DNA from: Azolla caroliniana | Taxonomy: Eukaryota; Plantae; Polypodiophyta | Direction of reading: 5' to 3' | Assembly: GCA_043228905.1 (NCBI GenBank) | Contig: JBHGNT010000008.1 | Span: forward strand, 4,588,001 to 4,652,000 | Length of the DNA stretch: 64,000 nt | Part shown: positions 49,917 to 64,000 of the stretch, piece by piece | Numbering within the stretch: position 1 is the first letter of the stretch | Layout of the letters: each line of letters starts with the position of its first letter | Notes under the pieces: model-generated | The model's database searches: none | Told to the model about the DNA's origin: nothing | The model's input: the letters and a program-made list of their open reading frames with translations, nothing else | Translations under genes and position numbers: made by a program

Positions 49917-51424
49917 TTGGTGAGCTTGGTTTGTGCAAGTGAGTGGGATATATAATGTATTTTCTTTATTCAATGGAAAGGCATTTTTAACACACACGTG
50001 CCCAAAGGTGTGTGTCGTTGAGTTTGTTGTTACCTCAACATCATGAACCCAATTTCAAATCCCATATACTACTTAAACTTTATTATCAGAATTTTCCTAT
50101 TGCATGTACAAGTGATTAGTGAAATCATAATAAACAGTTGCTTGCATTTTGATGGATTACATTATCAATTATGTTGTGGATCCGTGTTGTCCATCTCATA
50201 ACTTTGTTAAGATATCACAATTAGTTGCGATCAATGATAATTTCAAAAGTTATTTCCATGTGATAACAAGAATCATTAATTAAAATGGTTCAAATATTTA
50301 TGCCTTCAGGAGATAAATTATTGAAATTTCTTTATAGGACACATGGAATCAACAAAGCACCCAACATATTTGCTAACACATCACAACCCTTTTTTTATCA
50401 ACAATCACTCACTATATTATTAACTCTTGTGATAGTAACATTCAACATATCCCTCATACAATCATTGCTATTGCAATCAACACACCTTTAATTTTTGATA
50501 ATGACAAACAATGGTATATACATGTGGCACAATGAAACATGATCTAACACCCAATTTGTATAATGTGAACTTATTGCTTGATGAGTGCATTAGATTAGCT
50601 TTAGTAAAAGTCATGTAACATTGTATGTAAAGAGTTGCTCACAATTTGTCCTAATCGAAGTCAACCACCCACCCACAACTAATGCCCTAACTTATAAAAC
50701 GATATCCATGGTGGACCCACCCAACACATACATGATTATAAGCTATCATTTTATGTGTTCAATTTGGGCATGAAACAATATGTTCGTAAGTCTCATTACT
50801 TATTCTTAGCCTATTTCAACTTCAAGGGGTGGAGAGATGTTCCAATAGCTCTAAGTGATCTCAAAGGTTTTGAGAGAAACACCACAAGTAGCCCACACAA
50901 AACACAATAAGGTACAAATCTATGGATCAATGAGTTAAATATAATAAACAGAAAGTACTCAGCAAAGGAGTTCCCATCATAACACTTTACGTGCATAGTT
51001 TGGCAAATGACAAATTTGAGAAAAGAGGACCCCACCTCTTGACATATTTTATACATACTTGGAAACAACTAAAATTCAAGGGTGAATATTTGGACTTCCC
51101 AATTATATTTGTAGTCAAATACTTTGTATTTATTCGTGGGAAACATACAACCTCATGTTTTGATAAAAATATATTGTCTTTAAAAAAATCTTTATGAATT
51201 CATGTTTAAATTTTCAACATATCGTCAAAAGGTAATATCTAAATGATATGTCACACAACTATGTTTACAACAACAATGGATCGTCACCAACCCACTAGTG
51301 TTTTTTGTGATGATAATGCCGACATATGATAATATAACAATTAAAAACTCCGCATTTGCATCTTTCTTAGCGAAACTTTTGAGGCTTTCAAAATTTTGAT
51401 GTGTGGTGTCTTCACACCCTTTTC

Positions 51425-53980
51425 TTAAATAGGTTTGACTCCACTTGATTCATGTAGAAGATTGTCTATAGAAATATCAACAGCATCACGGAAGTTGGGA
51501 TGAGAAATATTGTTATGAGGTAGTGCATAAACCAAGTGAGGGATCATACGCACAATTTCTTCTTGCAAACCACGAAGCCTTTGGGCATCATTGGCAATGT
51601 GGGTAAGGGTGTCAAGAATGTCGATTCTATGGTTAATAACATCATCTCCATCAAAGAGGACAGAGTAGAGGCTACCATTCTGTGGGAGGTGCCACAAATA
51701 TTGGTCGTAAGCTGAGGATTTCGAGAAAAGAACAGGTATACAACCCGCAATTAGGCTATCAAAGAAGCTTTTGCGAGTAGGGGTATCACCAGGGGGTTGG
51801 AAGCAAAATGTGGAGCTTAAGAAGAGCCTAGTCAATTGGTCAGGACGTTTTGTGCAATCTATTGTGTTTGGAAGCCAATTGCCGCCGCACATGACTTGCT
51901 TGCACGTTCCATTTCCAGCTCTCTCACATTGTGCAGATAATTCTATTCTCAAATCTTTTGTCCATTGATTTCCTCTTGACTTTGAGCCAATGAAGCTACA
52001 TAAGAACTCCCTCTTAGATGACCGCACCTTGTTCTACAATATAATATAAGCAAAGTAAGTTTCATTATCTATTATTATAATGTTTCAACATTATTTAGTC
52101 TTTATAATGTTTGAACTTTGAACACAATTCGATGTTTCCCATTAACATGATAAAATAGAGAACCATCAAGTCTTAGTACCTACCCTATGAGACCAACTAC
52201 ATGATGTTAGATATGATTCTTTCTAGTAATTGCAATGTTAGAGAAGTGCATATATTATAATTTTGTTTTTCTATGAAGAATTCAGTCACTATCCATACCT
52301 TGTTATTATTTTTTAGGTAGAAGAATTTATATTTCATCAACTCAACCAATGACAAGTATTCTAGTTCCCCCCAACTCTTTAGAATTGTTAGCTACTTTAA
52401 GACCCAGAAGGGTAAATTCTTTACAATGAACAAAATTCAATGTAAGTGTCTTTTTGACTTGTCTCCTCTATTCCAATATGATTTGATTAGCAATGATGGC
52501 CCGAAGCTTTGTCATGAATCTTGTAATTAATTTTTGCAATGGAATGTAGACTATTTCTTACACTAAAAGTCTTTTTCACATTCACGACAACACCAAATTT
52601 TTTTGGATGTGATGGGTAGTATACATTTACACATTATTTACATCGCGCACATGTGATGATATAACATGTTCACATGTAACATTATATTTTGGCATGGTTT
52701 AACAAATTGGCATTAGTAATCTAAGTTTGAGTATTTTACGTAACATGATGAAATAATAATTACCAAGTGTTGGATGGACATACCTGCCATATCTCTATGT
52801 CTTGTTCCGAGGACGGATGGAAGGAAGTGGGGTAAGGAATGCCAACCTCATCTTGTTTCCATGTATTCCTCTCAATCAACAACTTAGTGACATGGGATAA
52901 CTCAACTTGGGCAGAGAGAGAAGTTCCCCAACCACCATCCGAGTCCTCACTCCTACTAAAGTCCCACGTGGTTCGCCCAAGCACCATGAAATGTTTCCTC
53001 TCCTCCTTGAACCGGTTCCACGTGGGGTTTGCGGTGAGCCAACCAATCAAACGTTGTGTGAGACGATCACGGAGTTGTAGGCGAGGCGAGAAGAGTGTGA
53101 ACGCAGAGTCCATAGCGGCATAGAAAGGTATGAAGAAGAGGTGTGCCGCTTGAGGGTCACTTGTAAGGCAGGGGTACGATTTCGCCAACCTATGGTGGAT
53201 TAGGAGCTCCCCAGAGAATTGCTCCGTGGAAAACCAAGCATGGGGGGGGACTAAGATGTTAGTGTCACTAATGTCCGCGGTACTTGTAGTTAGATTGAAC
53301 ATTGGGCCATAACCATAGTTATCGAGGTTTCCACACATCGAGTCCCAAGTGTTGGTTACGCGTCCACACTTGTCCACTAGGTCCTCATTGAACTCCCTAG
53401 GGAGCTCATATATGTACAAATACCTACCATTGCACCCTACCTCTTTTTCATTGTGTCCCTCCTTGGATGATTTCTCGTGGTCACCCACAAGTCCTAACTC
53501 GACATTCTTGGACGAATTCGTGTCCCTCGGGCCACCGGAATCCGATAAATTCGGCACATTTTTTGCCGCCTTCGGGTGATGATGGCCCATTAGCTCGACC
53601 TCACCATGCTGTCCCGGATTAGGCTCCGTGATTTGGCCGATTCGGCGGGTTTCGGATAAATTCGAGTCAATGAATTCATTTGGGCGGTCCTCGATTGTGG
53701 TGTTTTTGGGCAGGTTCAGTTTGATTCCTTCGACTTCCACGGGTTCGTGATGACTACTATGCGGGGTTCGGAGATGCCCCGATTCGAAAGCTTCATCTTC
53801 TCTGTGGGCATTATATTCTTGGACAATGACCACCACAGGATTCTGTAGCCGTTTGCTTGGGAGGGAATTGAATGGGATTTGGCCAGATTTAGAGGAGATT
53901 AGACACACAGAGAAGACTAAACCTAGGGTGATTAGGGAGAAGACTGAAGAGGTGATGGCCACTCTTTTCTTCAGAGCCAT
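51425..53980 (-). CDS. Exostosin-family GT47A glycosyltransferase (xyloglucan galactosyltransferase MUR3/KAM1/XLT2-like), 2 exons, about 601 aa
   Basis: Exon 1 53980-52784 has an N-terminal TM helix, CNGRYLYIYELP, FIPFYA, HFMVLGRTTWDF and IPYPTSFHP. GT..AG intron 52783-52034. Exon 2 52033-51425 has FCFQPPGDTPTRKSFFDSLIAGCIPV. A TATA-like element lies near 54051-54058. Confidence 0.92.
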
Positions 53981-54254
53981 GGATTGAATGAAATAAATGA
54001 ATGAACAAATGAATGAATTTCTGGAGCTTTCTAAGGAAGGCCATGTGTGTCTATATATACCCACACATTATTACTTAAGCAAATTATTTTATTCACTCTG
54101 TGCTTTGATTTGGTCTAACTTTTTGGCTTGTTTTTTTCCTTTAATTGTTTACAAATGAGTAATGGTCTTCCCCACAAAACTAGGATATTTGTTGTTTTGT
54201 TTTTGAAATATTTACAAAGTTGACCCTCCACACACTCTTCATCTTCATACTTGC

Positions 54255-54660
54255 ATACATACATGTGTATGTATGTATGTATGTATGTATGTATGCATGT
54301 ATGTATTTCTGTATGTATGTACATGTGTATATATGTCTGTATGGATAGATGGATGTGCATGTGTGTGTATCTATGTATCTATGTATGGAGTATATGTGTA
54401 TATATGGATGGATGTACATGTGTGTGTGTGCGGTATGTATGTATGTATGGATGGATGTACATGTGTATGTATGTATGTACATACATGTATGAGTTATATT
54501 TATTTATTTATGTATGTATGGCTTTTGGATTATGTAGTTAAGAGACCCATACAATTCATGTTCTACATGTAGGTATGTATGTATGTATGTATGGATGGAT
54601 GGATGGATGCACATGTGTGTGTGTGTGTGTATTTATTTATTTATTTATGTAGGTATAGCT
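54255..54660. repeat. (TATG)n/(TG)n low-complexity tract upstream of the GT47 gene
   Basis: Read directly from the sequence. Confidence 0.9.
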
Positions 54661-56949
54661 TTTGGATTATGTAATTAACAGACCTCCCATAAATTCCATG
54701 TTCTCCATGGGGTCCTCTGCATATGGGAGGGTAGGGGTGTTTGTGAGGTTTATAACGTTTAGAAAGAAGTGCGAAAACCCACCACACCTAACTAACTACT
54801 CTCCATCACCTTCGGACCCCCTTTCCTTTACCCTTCCCAACCCCCTCTCACATCCTTTGAGTTAGTTGACTTGTTACATACATCCACATATTGCATGTGT
54901 GCTTCACTTCACCTTGTTTCCTAGTTAATGATGGCATTAGCATGTGAGCTTCGCCTTGTTTATTTGTGATTGATGACATTTTTCTTTGGAGGGGACTCTA
55001 TTTGTCCCGTACATCCGAACCGCCCATTGTTTCAGGTCAATTATCTATAGATTTGAACCACCCGTTCCTTTGTTTTTTTTAATTAATCGAATTTAGTTTG
55101 CTTTTCATGCATGGACAAATATAACAGGACATATGTCAACAAAACTTTGGGCCACACACTTTAGGAGCAATGAATTAATAAAAAGTTTCCATTTACTAAT
55201 GTTTTCGACGAGCAAGTGTTCAAATTCTTCATCACCACTTTTTGTGATCAAGACCACCTCTTTCTAAAATGTTCATTTTTTAAAATCATTGTTAAGACAT
55301 TCGGCCTTGAACTCTTGAATAATCAAGCATCCCAAAACCTTAATGCATCACGATTGTGTGGTAATATCATAGACATTGAATCCCCAATATCGGATTCACT
55401 ATCTCCTTATAGGAACACAATTAAGCATTGAAACACTAATGTGGTTCTATATAGATACTTTATCAAATTTCAATGATTCGAAGCGCGATACAAGTAAAAT
55501 TTGGCTATAATGCAATGATTAGATGCTATTATACTAATTAACTTTGCAACCATCAGATGCCACTCTTATTGAGAAATCAATCATCAAAGAAAATATTTAA
55601 AACACTTTGAGTATGTAGAGGAGAAAAAGGAGCAATGACACTTTGAGTATGAAGATGGGAAAAAGTCAATCACGCTTTGAGTATGCACAAAGAAAAAGGG
55701 TGTTGATGAAGTTAAAACAATTATATTCTTCTTTCTTTTGATGGGAGCTTGTGAGCTAGCTCCCAAATCAGTCTTGCTTTTAATGGATGCAAAAATCGCT
55801 ATCATGAAACATAGTTACGTAACACAATTGCAAAACAAAGGGCTAATTTTGTCTAGCTCCCCTTAAAAGATTCCCTACGCTTAGTCAAAGTTTCTCAAAA
55901 CATTATATATATCATAGATTATGAGAAACATCAAATTTAACATGATGCGAGTGAATTTTGGAAAACCTCAAACCTAGTGTAAAGTTCATGAAACGAAATA
56001 TGATTGAAAATGTCAAACAACTATGTATGTATTATATATACTCATTGCCACTTTAAAAGATTTAATACACGAGTAGCCTATAATGGTATATTAGCATAAT
56101 GTTGATATTTAATTTTTTCGGGGTGCACATGTTGTGCCAATGCTTTACATTTGGTAGAATATGTTTTTTCCTGTATCCCGTATGGAAATTTTAATGTGTA
56201 AAACTTATTTGGTTTGAACGAAGTTTGAATGTCTAAATTGTAAACGCTTATGAAATTTAAGAACAATGTCAAGTTCGTGTGTTGGTAAAGTTTTGGATTT
56301 GTAGGTTAGAATCTCGACAGATCCAAAAGCTTAATTATGTCCAAATCAAGCTACTCTTTAAGACAACTACATTTTTCATCTTGCATATGCCATGTTGGAG
56401 CTTACAAGAGTACGATATTGGTTTAACATAACAAATTTATATATCAAATCCAAAATGTTATTTATGTCCTATCAAAGCATCTCTTGGAGGCCAATTATCA
56501 TTTTTCAACGCCTAAGGGGTACACCTTGCACATGCTCGCAAAGCTTAGGATAATGTTAACATTAAAACTAACATGACAATCATAATCATTCTCTATTTAT
56601 CATACACAAACATTGACTGCACATTCCAAATATGGCTATGTTAAATCTAGTGGCAATAGGCTTGAGAGCATAACCATATGAAAGCAGCACAATCCAATGT
56701 TTACCATTTCTTAGAAAACACACTCTATAAAAGATATTGCTTCTAATCATGTCATGTACAAGGAGATGTAGTCCCATTGTCTATAAATGAAGGTTTATTC
56801 TTGTATCCTTCATTTGGTTTAAACCCATTTCATAACATTCTTTGGAAAAAATATATTGGAGATCATACAATATATGAGGCAATGACACACAATTTCCAGT
56901 GGGGACATGCAATTTTTGCTAGTTGATCGATTGTAGTTCATATGACATC

Positions 56950-57610
56950 ATGCACACCATCGTTTGTTCATAGAAAGCCCCAAATCCATATACATATAGA
57001 TGTCATGAGATAGATGAGAGAGGCTTGATGTGTTTCTTCTCACAAATTTTAACAATATTTTCTTTCCATGAACGTTTTCTTGCATGACTATCATAGTACC
57101 CGTCTTGCAAGGTTGTGCTTGGGTTACAAGATGTTGCCCTACACTAGAGACATCAAAGATACTAAAAGCGAACATGATGGATATAGGGAGGCACAATATG
57201 GTTCTTCTCATGACTTTAATGTGGTGGCGGAAGTGCAATGTTACATGTTGCTTTCCATGATTGTGGTTTGTATGAGATCATGAATGCCACCATTTGTTCA
57301 TACAAATCCCCAAATCCATGAACATATGTGTCATGAGATCTATGAGGGTGGCCCAATGTGTTTCTTCTCACAACTTTTAAAAATATTGATACATAATACA
57401 ATCATACATGCTTCTTTCCACGAACACTTTCAAGCATGACAATTATAGTACAACAAGTCTTGCAAGGTCATGCTTGGTGTATGAGATGTACACAACACTA
57501 GATACATCAAACGTTGAAAGTGAACAAATGATTGATATAGAGAGGACAAGGTTCTTATAATGACTTTAATGAGGTGGTGGAAATGAAGTGTTACATGTTG
57601 CTTTTCGTGA
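56950..57610. repeat. Degenerate tandem duplication, about 335 bp
   Basis: tttgttcata..ccccaaatccat..tgtcatgagat..gtgtttcttctcacaa..gtcttgcaagg..gactttaat..gttacatgttgcttt occurs twice. Confidence 0.75.
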
Positions 57611-59427
57611 ACATATTGAAGAAAATAATTGTTGGATATCCTTGTTAATGGGCACACACGTTTTATTATCATATTGGTGGCCTAACAACACCAAAATTTG
57701 ATAGTGTCCAACACTAATAGCATGAAGACTCTAAAAAGAAAATAGACAACCATTGTCTTCAAAGCATTCGATTAAGATGATGGTATTGTTTCCAACCTTT
57801 GGGTTGTGGCAAAGTTTTAGAACTAACAAGCAATACCATGTTTTAGATTTTTAAATTTTAATTGCGTGAAGTTATTAATCATTGTTATATTGAATAGGTA
57901 TGGATGACTAATGTCTTGTATGATGCATAAATACAATGCTTTCACATTGTGATCTAGGATGTAATGCCACTTGTCAAAAATGTCTTCCCTTCAAAGTCCT
58001 AGGAGGTGAAAATTGACTTTGTGACTTTCTGAAGACATTTTTCAGAAAAAAGGTTTGATGCATATGATTTGCCAATAAAGCCATGTATTTAGGAGAAGGG
58101 TTTGTTGCTTTTCTATAGAAATTAATTTGATGAGAAATGCGTCTATGTATTGATATAGACTGAGACATCTACTGTTTGGAAGTGAGCACATGTACGTTGA
58201 TAGAGACAATCTAGTGTGTGAAAGTTCCATATATCAAGGGCTATATAGTATGCAATAAACCTTGCAACTTAATAGGAATTGGCCCAAGAAGTCTATAAAA
58301 GAATTGCCATTGTGGCATAACTCAATCAATCTATTGTCATGGCCCTTGGGCATTTTAACACACATTTTTGAACTTGTAGGAGAAGGGTGTAAATTGGATC
58401 TAGAAACTTGCAAGTTATTTATAAGACCATATATTTCAGACAAAGGGGTATAGGTGTGTACAATGAACAAAAAGGAAAAAATAATAATGAACATATCCTA
58501 AACACCATCGCTTTACATTTGAGCACGAGTTATCAAGCTTAATCTTACCAATTGTAATTTGTGTCTCTAAGGGAACTTCTTTTGCTATGCAATGTCGTAT
58601 ATGAACTTAATTCGGGAGGTAAGCTTCTTTATATGAAGACAAGTGTTTGCCCAAGATTGACGAGTTTTTTTAAAGTTTGTTTTTCCCCCTCTCTATGGCC
58701 CATCCATTGTGCATTCATGACCATGGATGACCCATCAATAAACCTGCATGATTCATCATCAAGAACCAAAGTTTCAAAGTCAACCTTTATGTTGTAGGAG
58801 TCGTCCAAATTTCATATCGAGTATATACCCTTCACTTTAAATTTTGAAATTTGAAATTTGAAATGCAATAGGAAATAGTTATAGAATTTCTAGCTTTATA
58901 TTTCATATCATTAGAACTTATTCAAACTAAACCAATACTTGTATCATTGGCATTAATCACAACATAAATACATCATTATTTAGTCTAATTATAAAACTAA
59001 CATTACAAAGTATAACTAAGAATTCAAGGAGGATGAATTTACATATAATATCTCCTCAAATGTGGCATGGTACATGCCCAAGAGGTGATTAACAAGGATA
59101 TTTATGGTAATATTGAAAACATAATTATCAACAAAACCTTGCCTTTGTATATAATAAAATAAAAACAAAAGTTTTGACATGAATTAAGAAAAATTGCTTG
59201 TCCAAAGGGGTTTTGCTTGTAATCCAACGAGAACTTATTTAATATTAGATGACTCGAATTGTTCAATTTTGTCAATAGGAATTTGATGACCCCATATGAT
59301 ATATGGTTAATGAATACATAAGCATCATGGCTTCACTTGGGCTTGAACCCAAGACCTTGTAATACATAATCAAAAACTTAACCACTAGGATAACATATGG
59401 TTATATAAAAGATTAAAAATGACTTAT

Positions 59428-61568
59428 TGTAATAGATTAATTCTTGTAAATGTTCTAGAACATTCTAGAATATCCTAGAACATCTTAGAATATTCTAGGT
59501 CTAGAACATTATAGAAATCACTAGGCTATTCTATAGGAACCTATAAATATGGACATATAGTTATTCTAAAACTAATTTGAAACAACACTAGTCTTAAGCT
59601 TTCATCACCTTTCTTGTATCCATCTTCATTCTATCTTACTAATACATTCATTCTTCTCTTATCACTTCATTCCTCTCTTCTCGTGATCTCTTTACATCTT
59701 TCTTCTACCACTCTATCTTTTCTCTTGGTTCTGACAAATTGATTCGAATTTTCTCTCTCTCTCTCTCTCTCTCTCTCCCCCCCCCTCCCTTATCCTCCTC
59801 TGTAAACATCACGAAACATGGTTGCCATCAACTCGGAAGAATATCTCACCCTTGTTGCAAAAATGGAGAATATTAAATCCAAGTTCACATCTCTTGAATT
59901 AGAGAATCAACGTCTTCTTGGGGATCTACAAAAGGTTATTGTTGAGATGCAACAACAACAAGAAGAGCTTACGCGATGGGTGCAACAATTAGAATCGACA
60001 ATTGTAATTTTACAACAACAAAGGGTCGAAGGTCAAGGAAGTATTAAGGAGCCCAAAATCAGTCTCCCAGCTAAATTCGATGGTTCAAGGGTGCATTTCT
60101 GAGGTTTCTTGAATCAAGTGCGGTTGGTAATCCAAATGCATCCCACGCATTATCCGACAGATGCATCACGAGTCGGGTTAGTGGGCACCTTATTGACTAG
60201 CATAGCGTTGTCATGGTTTGCTCCATTACTAGAGACAAATTCCCCTCTACTACATAATTTCGAGGAGTTTGTCAAAGAATTTAAGGCTTGCTTCGGAGAT
60301 ACAGATGGGGAAAGAATGACAATCAACGACACTACGTCAAGCTGATCAACCAACCTCAACATATGCAGCTAATTTTCGTCTCATTGCAAGCGATATTCCT
60401 TGGGATGAACAAGCCCTAATGGAGCAATTTCGTTCCGGTCTTTGTAGTGATGTGAAGGACTTACTTCTTACCTTCCCCGAGGATCCAAAATCACTTATAG
60501 AAGCTATTAGTCGAGCAATACGGTGTGATAATAGTCTTTTTGAGCGTCAATGTGAGCGACAACAACAAATAACAAGATCAAGATACACACCAACTTATGC
60601 ATCAGTAACGGCGCAATCGTCTCCAAGGCAAACGATTGATTTAAGATACATTTTACAAAGATTGATTTAAGGGGTGCATATAATCTTGTTCACATTCGAC
60701 CGGGAGATGAGTGGAAAACGGCGTTTCGCACTCGGTATGGTCATTTAGAGTATATAATCATGCCTTTTGGGCTCACAAATACACTCATAGTTTTCCAAAA
60801 TATGGCAAATGACATTTTCCGGGATTTTCTGGATATCTTTCTCATAATCTATTTAGATGATCTATTGATTTACTCTAAAACACATGAGGAGCATGATATA
60901 CATGTCTGGAAAGTACTTGAATGCTTAAGGAAGTATGGTCTGTATGCCAAACTTGAGAAGTGCAGTTTTGACAGCGAACAAGTCGAATTCTTGGGTTATA
61001 CTATTTCATCTAAGGGTATCTTCATGGATCCATCAAAAGTCAAAACAATATTGGAATGACAACCCCACGTTCTGTTCGAGACATCCACTGTTTCCTCGGA
61101 TTTGCTAACTTCTATCACAAATTCATACGAAATTATTCGAAGATCGTGTTGCCTCTCACCCAACTCACCAAGAAGAATCAAGCGTTTGTTTGGACTATTG
61201 AAGCGGACACGACCTTTACTTAGATCAAAGAGGCATTCACATCATCTCCTATATTAGCACATATTGATCCCGAAAAGCCATTTACCATTGAAGCGGATGC
61301 GTCAGACTTTGCATTGGGGAGTATCCTATCCCAACTAGGCAAGGATGGGCAGTCCCAACCAGTCGCGTTTCACTCGAGAAAATTTACTGCTGCGGAGATA
61401 AATTATGAGGTGCATGACAAGGAGTTACTAGCTGTGGTTGACTCTTTCGAGTAATGGCGACATTTCTTGGAAGGATCGCCTCATCAAATAATCATTTATA
61501 GTGATCACAAAAATCTTATGTATTTTCAAACGGCTCGAGTGTTAAATAGGAGACAAGCTCGGTGGCTC
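59428..61568 (+). mobile_element. Tcn1-like chromovirus Gypsy, 5' LTR with deleted gag-pol, 3'-truncated
   Basis: LTR 59428-59736 (tgtaat..tgaca) with ttctagaa repeats and TATA. gag EPKISLPAKFDG. RT MPFGLTN and YLDD. RNase H EADASDFALG and DHKNL. Confidence 0.88.
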
Positions 61569-61789
61569 GGGGGCTTCACTGTCAAAACTTGTATGATAGC
61601 ACGCGAGTTCATCAAAAGGGGTTTTAATTGACCACTGTATATATATAAGGGTATAAATAAATCTTTAAAAATATATCTACCTAAGGGTATTATCAATTAT
61701 GCTAGAGAAAAAAAATACATAAGCCCATGAAATATTAAATATTTCAATGAGATAGTAAAGAATATATTATGCAAACAATGCTCAAATTT

Positions 61790-63740
61790 GGAGTAACATA
61801 TATACATTATACATACATATACATATGTGCATGCATATATACCTACATTTAAACATTACATCCATGAATATGTATATACACACATTACACCCATTTATAC
61901 ATGCATAGTGACTAAACATGAATATATTATATTTGTAGAAATATGTATTACCATATGTAAATATGTACATAAATACAATACATACTACATATATAAATAC
62001 ATGCATACATATCTAGACATATATAAATGCATACATTCTTCATACATATTAGAATAAGCCATATATATTGACATACATATATGATATATACATAATGCAC
62101 ACATTAAAATTACATGTTACATATATACATACACATTCTTACAAACTATTTTATATATTACATATTACACACATATATTATTATACACACAAATCACAAT
62201 TATATACAAAAACATGTTGTGGTGTGCATGTGTGCATTTCACAATATATACATACCAAACACAAAAAATTTACATACATAAATAAATTACATATTATATA
62301 TGCACATACACATACACATAAATATAGAAGATTACATATTATATTTAATACAAATCTACATACATACAAACAAGTTACATATATTTCACAAGAGTTAGTT
62401 GGGAGCTATAGAGTCGGGGTAAAATAGGGTTTATTTCAATTTTGCTTGAGTTAAGGATCGGTTGAGTTTTTTTGTTGTTTTTGTTTGATAGTTTTGGAGT
62501 TGTTTCTCCAAGTTGTATATGTTGATCCCATTGTGGATTTGGACAAACATTGTTGTATTCTATTTGCTAACTAATGCGAAGTAGTGGTTTTTTGGGAAAA
62601 AAAAACAAGTTACATATATTACACACACATAAATAAATTACAGACTACATATCATATAATCCATACATATTATATGATATACAAATTTACATACACATAC
62701 ATACATACATAGATACGTACATATTCCACATATCACCATATATATAGGCTATACGAAACCATACAAAATACAATACTTACATATATATACATATATACAT
62801 TCATACACACACATTGGATATATGTATACTTACACATACATCGGATATATACATGTATATTATATGCATATTACAAACATACATCCATATATGAGCTATA
62901 CACATACTAAACATTAAATACACCGAAAATAAAGATACATAAATACATTACATATATACGCATACATACATTCATATATTCATTCATACATTGCTACACG
63001 TATATACGTACATATGCCTACAATGTCACACATATAAATTTTATAAACACACATACATACATTACATGCAAGCATACACATACATACATTACATGTATGC
63101 ATACACATACATATATTACATGCATGCATACACATACATACATTCCATACATATGTACATATATATCACCACATACACACACACATAGCCATACACACGA
63201 CAATAGTACATATATACATACATGTCCATACATTAGCTATATACATACATATTAAAAGCACACATCCATACATATTGAATCATGTACATTGACATATGCA
63301 TAAACATATATACATAAATTACATATGTTAATTTCGGGTTATTTTAGTGTTTAGTATGTGTATGGGTCATATCTAGATGTATGTTAGCAATATGCACATA
63401 ATATGTATGCATATTCCACATATCACCATATATATAGGTTATACAGGGTCATACAAACTACATTCCTTACATATATCGATACACATGTATACACATACAT
63501 TGGATATATGCATACATATTATGTGCATATTGCTAGCATACATCTAGATATGACCCATACACATACTAAACACTAAAATAACCTGAAAATATACAACCAT
63601 ATATACACATATGCACATTTGTACATGGACATACATACATTCATTCATACATTGCTACACGTATATATGTACATATGCCTACAATGATACACGTATAAAT
63701 TTTACAAACATATATCCATACATATACACACATATATACA

Positions 63741-63772
<32 letters not shown>

Positions 63773-64000
63773 TCCATATATCACCATATATATAGGTCAT
63801 ATGGGGTCATACAAACTACAATACATACATATTACAAACACACATCCACACACACATGTATGCATACACATACAAACATACATACATTACATATTACATA
63901 TATACACATATGTACATGCATACATGTACATACATATATTCATTCAACACATAATGGATCCAATATACACATCTAAACTTACAAACATGCCATATATACA
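61790..64000. repeat. (TACA/TA/CA)n-rich degenerate satellite with internal duplications and an inversion
   Basis: Read directly. The unit attccacatatcaccatatatatagg recurs at about 62723, 63413 and 63771. Confidence 0.85.
62386..62605 (+). mobile_element. Short retroposed insertion (5'-truncated LINE tail or SINE) with polyA
   Basis: Ends in A9 and is flanked by the 15-bp TSD caagttacatatatt (62371-62385 and 62606-62620). Confidence 0.8.

Noticed and set aside
54115-54572. Short ORFs rich in Y/I/H/T or M/Y/V/C (also 61782-63976)
   Set aside because: These are translation artefacts of TATG/TACA microsatellites.
57700-58800. Possible decayed DNA-transposase remnant
   Set aside because: It looks coding-like, but no diagnostic motif or terminus could be recognised.

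Overview
Repeat-dense eukaryotic nuclear DNA from a land plant. It is probably a non-seed plant such as a fern, inferred from the Trp-primed and self-primed Gypsy lineages, RTE-X-like LINEs and a Penelope-like element. About 75% of the window is nested retroelements: three Ty1/Copia, several Ty3/Gypsy, L1- and RTE-X-like LINEs, an endonuclease-less Penelope-like element, solo LTRs, SINE-like pieces and a MITE. The only clear host gene is a two-exon GT47A (exostosin, MUR3/KAM1-like) glycosyltransferase at 51425-53980 (-). The standout is a six-exon gene at 9866-14071 (+) that the ORF track breaks into fragments. Spliced, it gives about 971 codons: a ParB/Srx-like domain fused to a prokaryote/phage-type beta-class amino (N6-adenine/N4-cytosine) DNA methyltransferase, with motif IV DIPY preceding motif I DLFSGTG. 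It has no frameshifts, only three TGA stops and one AG>AA acceptor change. Its first intron holds an array of about 8 palindromic 51-bp repeats. All calls come from reading the sequence by eye; no database searches were run.
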